A program made the position numbers and the translations under genes. A stretch of 59,917 nucleotides of DNA, from positions 1 through 59,917 of the forward strand of contig CAZSYD010000012.1 of assembly GCA_964611355.1 (NCBI GenBank), in the 5' to 3' direction. The notes beneath the pieces are model-generated. The model was not told where the DNA came from, ran no database searches, and was given only the letters and a program-made list of their open reading frames with translations. How positions within the stretch are numbered: position 1 is the stretch's first letter; the number at the start of each line of letters is the position of its first letter. Positions 20,211 to 30,106 of the stretch are shown here, one piece after another. Source of the stretch: an uncultured Ignavibacteriales bacterium. Lineage in GTDB: Bacteria; Zixibacteria; MSB-5A5; GN15; JAAZOE01.

Positions 20211-21029
20211 GTGTCGATAGAATGGAAACCGGCCGGTGAGTTTGAAGATATTCTTTATCACAAGGCCGAAGGGATCGCCAAAATCACCATCAACCGCCCA
20301 CAGGTGCGCAACGCCTTTCGTCCGTTAACGGTACGGGAAATGTCAAAGGCTTTTGAAGACGCGCGCGAAGACTCGGAGATCGGCGTGGTTATCCTGACCG
20401 GCCGGGGAAAAGAAGCGTTCTGCAGCGGCGGCGACCAGAGAATCCGGGGCGAAGCCGGGTACGTCGACGGCAAGGGCGTGCATCGTCTCAACGTTCTCGA
20501 CCTTCAGCGTCAGATACGCACTTTGCCGAAACCGGTCATTGCCATGGTGGCCGGATATGCCGTCGGGGGCGGACAGGTTCTTCACGTGATGTGCGACCTG
20601 ACCATAGCCGCCGATAACGCCGTCTTCGGGCAGACCGGGCCGCGCGTCGGTTCGTTTGACGGCGGATACGGTTCCAGCTACCTGGCCCGCATCGTGGGAC
20701 AGAAAAAAGCGCGCGAAATATGGTTTCTCTGCCGCCGGTATTCGGCTCGGGAAGCGCTCGAGATGGGACTGGTCAATAAAGTGGTTCCATACGAGAAACT
20801 CGAAGAAGAAACAATTGAGTGGTGCCGCGAAATACTTGCCAATTCCCCTATGGCGATCCGTTGCCTCAAGGCGGCTCTCAACGCCGACTGCGACGGGCAG
20901 GCGGGCCTTCAGGAGTTGGCCGGTAATACCACGATGCTGTTCTATATGACCGAGGAAGGGCAGGAAGGGAAAAACGCATTTGTGGAAAAGCGCAAACCCG
21001 ATTTTTCCAAGTTTCCGCGACGTCCCTGA
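20211..21029 (+). CDS. menB: 1,4-dihydroxy-2-naphthoyl-CoA synthase
   Basis: RNAFRP, FCSGGDQ and [12 protein letters not shown] motifs. Confidence 0.98.
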   Translation: MSIEWKPAGEFEDILYHKAEGIAKITINRPQVRNAFRPLTVREMSKAFEDAREDSEIGVVILTGRGKEAFCSGGDQRIRGEAGYVDGKGVHRLNVLDLQRQIRTLPKPVIAMVAGYAVGGGQVLHVMCDLTIAADNAVFGQTGPRVGSFDGGYGSSYLARIVGQKKAREIWFLCRRYSAREALEMGLVNKVVPYEKLEEETIEWCREILANSPMAIRCLKAALNADCDGQAGLQELAGNTTMLFYMTEEGQEGKNAFVEKRKPDFSKFPRRP

Positions 21030-21035
21030 ATTGTT

Positions 21036-21935
21036 ATGGAGCCGGATAGACCAATAAAACCTCCGTTCCGGCGGATATGGTTTCTGGCGGCGAGGCCAAA
21101 AACGCTTCCCGCCGGAATCGTACCTGTTCTGGTCGGGGGCGTTATGGCCTTCGGCGACGGTCGGTTTCATCTGCTTTCTTTTCTGGCGGCGTTGTTCGGC
21201 TCGATTATGATTCAGGTCGGCGCCAATTTTGCCAACGATCTTTTTGATTTTAAAAAACAGAGCGATACTTCCGAACGGATCGGCCCGATGCGAGTAACGC
21301 AGGCGGGGCTGGCCACGCCCCGACAGATGACTGCCGCGACGATTATTGTTTTTTCGCTGACCGTGCTCGCCGGAGTCTATCTCGTTTATCGAGGCGGCTG
21401 GCCGATCGTTGTTATTGGTCTGGTTTCAATCGCCTGCGCGATACTTTATACCGCTGGCCCGCTGGCGCTGGGATACCTGGGACTGGGTGATGTTTTTGTT
21501 TTGATATTTTTCGGTCCCGTGGCGCTGGCCGGAACTTACTATGTACAGGCTCTTGATGTTTCACTTCCGGTCATCCTGGCCGGTATTCCGTTCGGCATGA
21601 TCTCAACTGCCATTCTGACCGTCAACAATCTGCGCGATATTGAAACAGATAAAGAAAGCGATAAAAAGACTCTGGCCGTCCGGTTTGGCCGGACTTTTGC
21701 CAGATACGAATACCTTGTTATGCTTCTTGGTGCGGCCGTCATGGCGGTTTTGTTGTCAATAACCTTTGACAAAATTTATCTGCTTCTTGCGATACTATAT
21801 TTGGCTTTTTCACTTGGGGCGCTAAGAACCGTCTTTATGAACACAGACGGCGAAAGACTCAACAATACTCTGGCTGTAACCGGACGTCTTTTGATAATCT
21901 ATGGACTCTTATTTGGAGCAGGCTGGTTGTTGTGA
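21036..21935 (+). CDS. menA: DHNA polyprenyltransferase
   Basis: ARPKTL, NFANDLFD and NNLRDIETD..K.TLAV motifs; multi-TM. Confidence 0.95.
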   Translation: MEPDRPIKPPFRRIWFLAARPKTLPAGIVPVLVGGVMAFGDGRFHLLSFLAALFGSIMIQVGANFANDLFDFKKQSDTSERIGPMRVTQAGLATPRQMTAATIIVFSLTVLAGVYLVYRGGWPIVVIGLVSIACAILYTAGPLALGYLGLGDVFVLIFFGPVALAGTYYVQALDVSLPVILAGIPFGMISTAILTVNNLRDIETDKESDKKTLAVRFGRTFARYEYLVMLLGAAVMAVLLSITFDKIYLLLAILYLAFSLGALRTVFMNTDGERLNNTLAVTGRLLIIYGLLFGAGWLL

Positions 21936-23026
21936 AAATCAAATCGGTTGAGATACATAAGTATTGCCGGGCTTTTAAGAAACCGATGGTTACCTCGAGA
22001 TGCGTCATCGCCGAACGAACCGGATATGTAATCCGCATTGTTTCCGATAACGGATTGTGCGGCTTCGGCGAAGCGGCTCCGCTGGATGGTTTCTCGCGAG
22101 AATCTTTTGAAGAGACCGGCAATTGCCTGACTTCAATTGTTAAAGAATTAAACGGCCTGTCTATACCTGCTTCACTTGAAGCTGTATCGCAATTAGTTGA
22201 TTCGATAGTACCCCAAGCTTTTCCCGGCGTCCGTTTCGCTGTTGAGGCAGCCTTATGCGATCTGGCCGCGAAAGACGCGGGAAAGCCGCTCTGTGAATGG
22301 CTGTGCAGTAAACCAAAGCCCGAAATTCCGGTTAATTTTCTTTTGTCTCGCCCTGTCGATAATTGGGCCGGAATGCGAAGACATATGATTGATTCCGGAT
22401 ACCCGGCGGTTAAGATCAAGGTCGCCGACAAACCGATTGAGGATGATATTGAATTCGTAAAGCAGGTACGCAAAGAACTTGGCGATGATATTATATTTCG
22501 TCTTGACGCCAACCGCGGCTGGTCATTCGAGCAGGCAAAGACCGCCCTTATAGGTATGAAAGATCTGAACATAGAATATATTGAAGAGCCGCTTTACGAT
22601 TTTAACCCGGAGATGCTTGTCAAGCTGAAGCGCAAAACCGGCGTTGCCGTCGCTTTGGATGAAACGCTGGTTGAGCAGGATAAGGTCGAACCGTTAATTG
22701 AGGGCGGAGCCTGTGATGTGATAATCCTCAAGCCGACTCTTTTGGGGGGCATAGCCAAAACATTTCAGCTTATTAGACTGGCCGTGCTGTACAACCGAAA
22801 GGTGGTTATTACCTCAACGCTGGAAACGGAAATCGGCATCGCCGCACTGCTGCATCTGGCGGCGTCTGTCGAAGCGGAACTGCTGGCGTGCGGACTGGAT
22901 ACTCTGCGGCTTTTTTGCGATGCCGAAACATCTTTGTACCGGGTCATTGACGGAAAAATAAAAGTCTCTTGCAGCATACCCGGCATCGGGATTGAACGGC
23001 CTTTTATCAATTTGAAAAAACCATGA
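21932..23026 (+). CDS. menC: o-succinylbenzoate synthase
   Basis: Enolase-superfamily KIKV, RLDAN, IEEP, ALDE and LKP..LGG motifs. Confidence 0.9.
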   Translation: MKIKSVEIHKYCRAFKKPMVTSRCVIAERTGYVIRIVSDNGLCGFGEAAPLDGFSRESFEETGNCLTSIVKELNGLSIPASLEAVSQLVDSIVPQAFPGVRFAVEAALCDLAAKDAGKPLCEWLCSKPKPEIPVNFLLSRPVDNWAGMRRHMIDSGYPAVKIKVADKPIEDDIEFVKQVRKELGDDIIFRLDANRGWSFEQAKTALIGMKDLNIEYIEEPLYDFNPEMLVKLKRKTGVAVALDETLVEQDKVEPLIEGGACDVIILKPTLLGGIAKTFQLIRLAVLYNRKVVITSTLETEIGIAALLHLAASVEAELLACGLDTLRLFCDAETSLYRVIDGKIKVSCSIPGIGIERPFINLKKP

Positions 23027-24498
23027 TCAGATCGATCCCCTGCCCGATAAAAGAGATGGCCTCGGCCTCTCCCGAACAACCGGCGTTGATCGACGCCACG
23101 CACACGATTACTTATAGCGTTCTTGACCGGGAAGTTGACGGAATCGCCGCCGTTATTACCGATAAAGGAATACAACCGGGCGATGTGGTCGCTGTTCTGA
23201 CGCGCAATTCAATTCAGTCGGCGATAATTTTTTATGCCGCTTTCAGACATGGTTTCACACTGATGCCGCTTAACCGGCGGTTGAAGCCGTCCGATTGGAT
23301 CGGGCAGATGGATGAAGCCGACTGCCGTCTGCTTATCTACAACAACGAATTCCCCGGCGAAAATCTTTTGGCCAACACATTATATATCGATAAATTTTCT
23401 AATACAAACTTCGATACCTCGCCAATGGCGTTGCCCGGGAAATATCCTCTCGACCGCGAGGCCCTGATAGTTTTCAGTTCCGGCACCGCCGGCAAACCGC
23501 GCGGCGTAGTGTTGACATGGTCAAATCTCTATCACAGCGCCGTCGGCATTAACCGGTCTCTGAAACTAAAAGGCGATGATTGCTGGCTGGCCGCGCTTCC
23601 GTTTTTTCATATCGGGGGTATTTCGATTCTGTTTCGCACGGTTCTGTCGGGATGTCCAACGTTTATCATGGATAGGTTTGATACGGAAGGTGTATTAAAA
23701 GCGATAGATGAAAAAAGGGTAAGCATCATATCGGTTGTCCCTACCATGCTGACTGAGCTTATAAAAAGCGATAAGAAAAATAACCTTCGGCAAATGAAGG
23801 CGATAATTCTTGGCGGCGCGGCTTGCGACGAAACCCTGAGACGGGAGATCATAAGACGACGCCTGCCGGTTCGGACCACTTACGGCATGACTGAAACATC
23901 CTCGATGATTACTCTTTCCGGGCCGCATGATATTCTGAAAAAATCGGGAAGTTCCGGCACGGTATTACCTCACCGGGAACTTATAATCGTCGATGAAAAA
24001 ACCCGGGCGTTACCGCCGGGCGGATCGGGGCGGATTATGGTCAGGGGTGAAGTTTTATTCTCGCGGTACGTTGGTCAATCATCGGGAGATATTTTTTCCG
24101 CCGACGGTTGGTTCGATACGGGCGATATTGGCCAGCTTGACAAAGACGGTAATTTAACCGTGACCGGGCGGTTCGATAATACAATCATATCCGGAGGGGA
24201 GAATATCGATCTTGATCGTATTGAGCGTGCGATTGGCCGTCTGGACGGCGTCAACGGTGTGGTAGTGCTTCCCCGTCGGGACAAAAAGTGGGGCCAACGA
24301 CCTGTGGCTTTCATTGAGATGGCAGGCGATAGTATTGATGAAAGTTTTTTAATGAAACTGATAGCCGACCAATTGCCCCGGATAATGATCCCGGATCGGA
24401 TTATTACCGTCGCTTCTCTGCCGCTGACCGGCAGCGGTAAGTATGACCGGCAGGCGTTGCGGAATCGGTACCGCCATATTCTTGAAGGCGGCGTTTAG
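23023..24498 (+). CDS. menE: o-succinylbenzoate-CoA ligase
   Basis: SSGTAGKPRG, LPFFHIGG, TYGMTET, TGDIG and ISGGENI motifs. Confidence 0.92.
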   Translation: MIRSIPCPIKEMASASPEQPALIDATHTITYSVLDREVDGIAAVITDKGIQPGDVVAVLTRNSIQSAIIFYAAFRHGFTLMPLNRRLKPSDWIGQMDEADCRLLIYNNEFPGENLLANTLYIDKFSNTNFDTSPMALPGKYPLDREALIVFSSGTAGKPRGVVLTWSNLYHSAVGINRSLKLKGDDCWLAALPFFHIGGISILFRTVLSGCPTFIMDRFDTEGVLKAIDEKRVSIISVVPTMLTELIKSDKKNNLRQMKAIILGGAACDETLRREIIRRRLPVRTTYGMTETSSMITLSGPHDILKKSGSSGTVLPHRELIIVDEKTRALPPGGSGRIMVRGEVLFSRYVGQSSGDIFSADGWFDTGDIGQLDKDGNLTVTGRFDNTIISGGENIDLDRIERAIGRLDGVNGVVVLPRRDKKWGQRPVAFIEMAGDSIDESFLMKLIADQLPRIMIPDRIITVASLPLTGSGKYDRQALRNRYRHILEGGV

Positions 24499-24911
24499 CT
24501 GCCTTGGTTCGTCTCTTCCAGTTTTTTTCGGAAGCCGTCCGGTAGATCAATCTTTTTCATGCCTTTCGGGTCAATCGTCACATGTACCGTTTCCACGTTG
24601 CCTACTATGATGCCGCCTAAGTCCGTCAACCGGAAGTGGAGGGTAAATGATGTTTGACCGATTTCGGCCACCGAAAGTTCAATCTCAATCGTCTCCCCAA
24701 CCTTTAGCGGTTGCAGGAAATCGGCCTCGGCGTGCATAATCGGGATCAGGAAATCACGCTTTTCAAACCTTTCCCGCAAACCGTATCCTATTTGCTCCAA
24801 TAATTTTTCGTAAATATCGTGCACGATTCTGAACTGGTTGGCGAAAAAAAGGATTCCGGCGGAGTCGGTATCGTGCAGCCTGATGGTGTAATAATCTTTA
24901 ATTGAAGACAT
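24495..24911 (-). CDS. Hotdog-fold acyl-CoA thioesterase, probable DHNA-CoA hydrolase
   Basis: IRLHDTDSAGILFFAN 4HBT motif; convergent on menE with overlapping stop codons. Confidence 0.8.
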   Translation of the reverse strand: MSSIKDYYTIRLHDTDSAGILFFANQFRIVHDIYEKLLEQIGYGLRERFEKRDFLIPIMHAEADFLQPLKVGETIEIELSVAEIGQTSFTLHFRLTDLGGIIVGNVETVHVTIDPKGMKKIDLPDGFRKKLEETNQGS

Positions 24912-25105
24912 GGTGGTTTATTATCTTTTCAGTTTATTTTTCAATATATTTTCTTCAATCCTGATAGTCAAAACCAAATTTATATCAGGACGGGAATATA
25001 TATCCCCCGTAAGACAAGGCGACCCGGCCATTGGAAACCTCTATTTTTTGGCCGAATTAATGGAACCGCTTGACAAGGATGAATTCTTGGATTATTTAAC
25101 ATTTT

Positions 25106-25702
25106 ATGGACGAAAAGCGGCGATATTTTGACTCCGTCGGCGACAAGTGGGATAAGAACCTCACTGCCGAAGATCTTGAGCGCCTTTCACATATTATTGA
25201 TAAATTCAATTTAAGCAGAGGGTTAAAGGTGTGCGACTTGGGGTGCGGTACCGGCGTCCTGTTTGATATGCTGCGGCGCCGGGTCGGCGAAGAGGGTTTT
25301 ATCACCGGGGTTGATTTTGCTCCCAAAGCGGCCCATAGGGCGCACCGGAACTTTCCTTTTCATAATATCGGCGTCGTCGAGGCGGAAGTCTGCCGTCTGC
25401 CGTTCGCAAACAGCGCCTTTGACCTGGTGGTCTCGTTTGCCGCTTTTGCTCATTTTTCGCATAAAGACAAGGCCATCCACGAAGCATATCGCATTCTCAA
25501 ACCGGGCGGGCGGATAGTTATAATCCACCTGGCCGGGCGGGAGGAGATTGCGCGCCTGCATCACCGGATCGGCGGTCCCATCGATCACGATGAACTACCC
25601 GACCGTCGGCAGTTGCAGGAAATGTTTAACGGGGGGCGTTTCAACCACAACGAGCTGACTGAGAACGACAGCCTTTACCTGGCCGTCGGCCACAAAGATT
25701 AG
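25106..25702 (+). CDS. Class I SAM-dependent methyltransferase
   Basis: FD....WD, DLGCGTG, LPF....FD and RILKPGG motifs. Confidence 0.9.
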   Translation: MDEKRRYFDSVGDKWDKNLTAEDLERLSHIIDKFNLSRGLKVCDLGCGTGVLFDMLRRRVGEEGFITGVDFAPKAAHRAHRNFPFHNIGVVEAEVCRLPFANSAFDLVVSFAAFAHFSHKDKAIHEAYRILKPGGRIVIIHLAGREEIARLHHRIGGPIDHDELPDRRQLQEMFNGGRFNHNELTENDSLYLAVGHKD

Positions 25703-26212
25703 GTGCGTGCTAATTCTCAACTGATCGTCCGCTCGGCCCTTTTTTTGGCCATAGCGGTTCTTCTGCCGATAGCCTTTCATCAATTTGGTATGGGCGGAAG
25801 GATTTTCCTGCCGATGCATATCCCGGTCCTTCTGGCCGGCCTGGTATGCGGGCCGATCAGCGGCCTTGTAGTTGGCATATTGGCCCCGGGTATGTCCTTT
25901 GTTTTAACCGGTATGCCTCCCCCCTATGCCGTGCCCCTTATGTCTATTGAATTGCCTCTTTACGGCTTGGCTGTGGGATTAACATATTACAAGCTCAAAT
26001 TGAATATCTATGTTGCTCTGTCTGTTTCGCTTATCGCGGGCAGGCTTGGATTTGCACTGGGGCTTTTGCTGCTGGGCCTCTTTATAGAACTTCCATATGG
26101 CGTGGGAACATATTTTAAAGTCGCTGTCGTGGCGGGCCTTCCCGGAATTTGTATCCAGCTTGTGTTAATTCCGCCTGTGGTCGCCGCTATCAGACGACGC
26201 AGTCGGGTGTAA
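25703..26212 (+). CDS. ECF transporter S component
   Basis: About 170 aa, multi-TM, LPMHIPVLLAG..GP..G...G..P..S..LTGMP motif. Confidence 0.8.
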   Translation: MRANSQLIVRSALFLAIAVLLPIAFHQFGMGGRIFLPMHIPVLLAGLVCGPISGLVVGILAPGMSFVLTGMPPPYAVPLMSIELPLYGLAVGLTYYKLKLNIYVALSVSLIAGRLGFALGLLLLGLFIELPYGVGTYFKVAVVAGLPGICIQLVLIPPVVAAIRRRSRV

Positions 26213-26272
26213 GTTCCGGGGCTTTGCCTGTCGGACAAACAAAAATTTGATAATAAATGCGTCAATTGAGCA

Positions 26273-27418
26273 TTGGCGGGTACCGTTACGTCAGGTTTTG
26301 AGACATCATATATCGGCCCGCAGGATATCTTCCGGGCAAAGAAAGCCGCTATCCTCAATTCCCGGCAGTCGAAATACCCTCTTGGCAGCGACCGGTGGAT
26401 AAATAGTACCGACGATGCGGCAGCATACGCGGTTGAAAATCGGCTGACCGTCTTAACCTCCCTGGGGATGAATACCTGGGAGATGGTCCTTGCCTGTGTT
26501 GCCCGATATGGCGGTAAAGTAGTCGTTATTGTTCCGCCGCAAAAAGGTAATCATGAGATCTTCCTCGGTGATGTCATCCGGCGCTTTCGCCTCAGCATCG
26601 GCAAAGCCGGGGTCATGTTTTTGGATAATTTTTCCCGCGGTAAAAAGAAGGAATGGTTAAGCAGGCAGGATCGCTTTATAGTCGATACGGCTGATCTGAT
26701 ACTGCCGGTATCCGTCAGGGAAGGCGGAAACCTCGACGCTCTGATTAACGGGCACAGGAAAAAGGTTAACTCTGATTTTTCAATACCTTATGAAAAGCCG
26801 TTGCGATCCCGCCCTCGATATAGTCAACTCGAGTTTAACCCGACTATATTTGAAGATGATTTAATAATACATTTTACTCGAAGCAGCAGTTCGGCCTGGC
26901 CGGGGGAACCGGATTATGATTTTTATACGGGAATAATCAGGTCGAAAAACGAGTATATCCATTCAGCGCGAAGTGCCCTGATCCATATACTGAAATCGGG
27001 CATAATCCACGCCGGCAGTCGCCATATTCGCGGCGGATTTAATGTGGTTGGCTTTGCCGCTGTCAATCCCGACAATATCAGGGGCCTCTTCCGCTATCGC
27101 CCCCGTTTGGTCAACCCGTATTTCGAACCGTACGGAATTGCGCTGCCGAAAAGGCTCGCTGCCGGGTTGGGAATCAGGCCGGTTCGTTACGGCACACCTG
27201 ATATTTATTCGACTCTTGACCATAATAGTAAACCATATTTTCAGAATGTCGGTAGTCGAGATCGGCAATGGCGCCGCGAAAACGAATGGCGCCGCGCCGG
27301 TGATTTTTGCCTGCGTGAAATTCCTGAGAAGAACCTGACAGTGATTGTTTCGACTCCGGATGAGGTGGAAATTATCAAACGACATATCGGCCTGAGAGTG
27401 GTTTCGGTTTTTTTATGA
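26273..27418 (+). CDS. Hypothetical protein: DprA/SLOG-like N-domain fused to an AbiGi-like ADP-ribosyltransferase-fold C-domain
   Basis: AILNSR and RQDRFIVDTADLILPV in the N-terminal half; HFTR, IL.SG.I, PYGI, RPV.YG and ENEWR in the C-terminal half. Confidence 0.6.
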   Translation: MAGTVTSGFETSYIGPQDIFRAKKAAILNSRQSKYPLGSDRWINSTDDAAAYAVENRLTVLTSLGMNTWEMVLACVARYGGKVVVIVPPQKGNHEIFLGDVIRRFRLSIGKAGVMFLDNFSRGKKKEWLSRQDRFIVDTADLILPVSVREGGNLDALINGHRKKVNSDFSIPYEKPLRSRPRYSQLEFNPTIFEDDLIIHFTRSSSSAWPGEPDYDFYTGIIRSKNEYIHSARSALIHILKSGIIHAGSRHIRGGFNVVGFAAVNPDNIRGLFRYRPRLVNPYFEPYGIALPKRLAAGLGIRPVRYGTPDIYSTLDHNSKPYFQNVGSRDRQWRRENEWRRAGDFCLREIPEKNLTVIVSTPDEVEIIKRHIGLRVVSVFL

Positions 27419-27750
27419 AAATTGCAGGTATCGAATAATCAGCCTTTGTTGTAGAAATGCGGTTATATTATATATCAATACGCTCATAATTGATTTGCCG
27501 TAAAAACTGATTACTTACTTGCTTGCATTAATGTAATTAATTGGCACACAAATAGTTACAAAAGACGGGGAGCTTATCTGAAGTATTCCGCCGGTATATT
27601 ATTTGTGGCCGGTTCGCGCTTTGCTTGTGAAATATTTAACAAAATTCACGCAACCCGCCTGATACCCCGTGGGGAGTGAAACATTTTTTTATTTTTGTGT
27701 TGCGGGATGACGGCTTAGCCGCCGATCTTAAGATAGGGCTTAACCCGTAA

Positions 27751-28020
27751 CTTGAAGAAAAGAAAATACGTTCAGGAAAGAAAAAAATTGAGGGTACAAG
27801 GCAGTTAGGTATCGCGACCACCATTCCCTTCATTTTAGTCAGCGGGCCGGTGGTGGGATACTTTATCGGAAACTGGCTCGACGGGAAGTTGAACACTGCT
27901 CCTTATTTGATGATTCTCTTTGCTCTTCTGGGATTGGTCGCGTCAGGCAAGGAGACTTATAAACTTATAAAGATGGTATCCGGTGACGGCGAAGATTCTG
28001 ACGACAACTTTCGGACTTGA
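27751..28020 (+). CDS. AtpZ/AtpI (ATPase gene 1) family membrane protein; start codon uncertain; not in the ORF track
   Basis: Open frame from 27751 reads RQLGIATTIPFILVSGPVVGYFIGNWLDGKLNTAPYLMILFALLGLVASGKETYKLIK to TGA 28020. Confidence 0.8.
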   Translation, partial: LEEKKIRSGKKKIEGTRQLGIATTIPFILVSGPVVGYFIGNWLDGKLNTAPYLMILFALLGLVASGKETYKLIKMVSGDGEDSDDNFRT

Positions 28021-28408
28021 TTTTATTCAGCGAACGCTCAGGACGACCGGGATTGTCCTGATTGTTATATTCGGTTTCGGCGCCGTCTATTTCGATTTTT
28101 ATGACGGTTTGGCGGTCCTGTCGGCCGGCGTGTGGTCGATGGTTAATCTGATCTTTTTGTCGGCTCTGATTCGAACCGTCGTCCGGCCTGATGGAATCGA
28201 CAAGCTGTCGGCTTTCGGACTGGCTCTGTTAAAATTCCCCCTTTTGTATGCCGCCGGGTATTTTCTTATCACGGCGGATATTTTTCGTCCGGCGCCGCTT
28301 GTTATGGGGCTGTCGATGGTCCTGGTAGTAATGGTCCTAAAGGCGGTTTCGAGAGCTGTCCTGAAACTTGATGTCGCCAGTCGGGAAGACAGCCGGGGGT
28401 TGGCATGA
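27983..28408 (+). CDS. atpI: ATP synthase protein I
   Basis: Four hydrophobic helices; immediately upstream of atpB. Confidence 0.7.
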   Translation: MTAKILTTTFGLDFIQRTLRTTGIVLIVIFGFGAVYFDFYDGLAVLSAGVWSMVNLIFLSALIRTVVRPDGIDKLSAFGLALLKFPLLYAAGYFLITADIFRPAPLVMGLSMVLVVMVLKAVSRAVLKLDVASREDSRGLA

Positions 28409-29244
28409 TTCCCTGTTGTTTTCTAAACGGCGTGATAGTTGTTGCTCACCAAGCGGTCGAACACGGCCGGCATGCGGCCGAGGCTGCCGAGCACGGTGGT
28501 GACGGTTTGAGCATGCATACCCCCAATCTGCTTAGTTTCATTTTCGGGCCCGAATTCGCTCATCATTACGCCGTCACCTTTTTTGCTCTGCTGATCGCTT
28601 TGCTGATGGTTATCGCCGCAACCATTGTTTATCGCAGGCGGCAGTTGATTCCGGGACCGTTTCAGAACGCGGTGGAGATGCTGGTGGAAGGTCTGTATAA
28701 CCTTGTCGAACCTATGCTTGGCAGGGAAACAGACCGTTATATACCGTTTATCGGGACGCTGTTTCTCTATATCTGGTTCATGAACCTGAGCGGGATTGTA
28801 CCGTTTTTTCACGCCCCGACTTCGGCTTTGAACATGACTCTGGCCCTGTCCATTACTGTTTTTATTTACGTCCAGTTTACCGCCGTGACTCGAATGGGGC
28901 CCGCCAAATACCTGCATCATCTGGGCGGTGAACCGAGTTCGGCCGTTACCTGGGTGCTGGTGATAATCAATTTCCCCCTGCATCTTATTGGCGAATTTAT
29001 CAAGCCCTTTTCACTGGCCATGCGACTTTTCGGCAATATTTTCGGCGAAGATACGCTCATTGCGGTTATGATATCACTGGGTGTCGTCTCTCTGGCGTTT
29101 TTGGGCAGCCCGGTCGGGATTCCGTTTCAGATTCCGTTTTATTTTCTTTCGCTGCTTTTGGGAACGATTCAGGCGCTGGTCTTTGCCATGTTATCAACCA
29201 GTTATATTATGCTGTCTCTGCCCCACGAGGAAGATGAACATTAG
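28405..29244 (+). CDS. atpB: ATP synthase Fo subunit a
   Basis: PGPFQN..E, SLAMRLFGN and IQALVF motifs. Confidence 0.96.
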   Translation: MIPCCFLNGVIVVAHQAVEHGRHAAEAAEHGGDGLSMHTPNLLSFIFGPEFAHHYAVTFFALLIALLMVIAATIVYRRRQLIPGPFQNAVEMLVEGLYNLVEPMLGRETDRYIPFIGTLFLYIWFMNLSGIVPFFHAPTSALNMTLALSITVFIYVQFTAVTRMGPAKYLHHLGGEPSSAVTWVLVIINFPLHLIGEFIKPFSLAMRLFGNIFGEDTLIAVMISLGVVSLAFLGSPVGIPFQIPFYFLSLLLGTIQALVFAMLSTSYIMLSLPHEEDEH

Positions 29245-29296
29245 CGTGAGTTGAAGTAAGTATAGATAAAACAATCTTTCGATTAGGAGTTAAGCA

Positions 29297-29533
29297 ATGG
29301 ATTATCAGACGGGATTAGCGATAGCCGCTCCGTTGGCGGTTGGTTTTGCCGCCATCGGTTCCGCTGTTGGATTGGGTAAGGCGGTCGGTTCGGCTATGGA
29401 AGCCATGGGCCGTCAGCCTGAGGCAATTGCCAAGATTCAGACCGGTATGATCATCGGCGCCGCCTTTATCGAAGCGTTGACCATCTATGCCCTTTTGGCC
29501 TTTCTCCTTGTTATGGGCAAGATCGGCGCCTGA
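29297..29533 (+). CDS. atpE: ATP synthase Fo subunit c (H+-type motif)
   Basis: GxGxG repeat, RQPE loop and IEALTIY. Confidence 0.97.
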   Translation: MDYQTGLAIAAPLAVGFAAIGSAVGLGKAVGSAMEAMGRQPEAIAKIQTGMIIGAAFIEALTIYALLAFLLVMGKIGA

Positions 29534-29621
29534 TTTCAGTTGCCTGAGCAATAAGTGTTTGCCGAAACAAACCGGCCGCGCATAAATATTGATTATTTTT
29601 AGCGGCCGCGGAGAAAGTGTT

Positions 29622-30104
29622 ATGGAACTTGATTGGAAACTGATACTAACTCACATCGTTGGCTTTGTCATCATGGTCCTGATCCTCAAGAAATTGGCCT
29701 GGAAACCGATTCTGGGCATCCTTGAGGAACGACGGCAGAAAATCAAATCTGAATTCGATAATATCGAAAACAAGAAGAACGAAGTCGCCGAGGTCAGGGC
29801 TGACTACGAGACAAAACTGAAAGATATCGACAACCTCTCACGGCGGAAATTGACCGAGGCGATTAACGAAGGCCGGAAGGTCGCCGCGGAAATAAAAGAA
29901 CAGGGTCGGAATGATGCCAAAGAAATTATCGCCCGTACAGGAGCGGAACTGGAACGGGACGTCGAGAAAGCCCGCGCGGCTCTTAAAGAAGACATGATCA
30001 GAATGACCATCGCGGCGGCGGAAAAGGTCATTACTACAAGGCTGGATGAAACCGAACATCACCGCCTTATTTCGGAGTATATCGATAACGTGGAGAAAGC
30101 ATAA
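29622..30104 (+). CDS. atpF: ATP synthase Fo subunit b
   Basis: N-terminal TM, AWKPI...L.ER and coiled coil; start moved to ATG 29622 after GGAG. Confidence 0.94.
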   Translation: MELDWKLILTHIVGFVIMVLILKKLAWKPILGILEERRQKIKSEFDNIENKKNEVAEVRADYETKLKDIDNLSRRKLTEAINEGRKVAAEIKEQGRNDAKEIIARTGAELERDVEKARAALKEDMIRMTIAAAEKVITTRLDETEHHRLISEYIDNVEKA

Positions 30105-30106
30105 GT

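Noticed and set aside
29297..29533. Possible Na+-translocating ATP synthase
   Set aside because: The c subunit has EAL rather than ES/T and lacks the helix-1 Gln, consistent with H+ coupling
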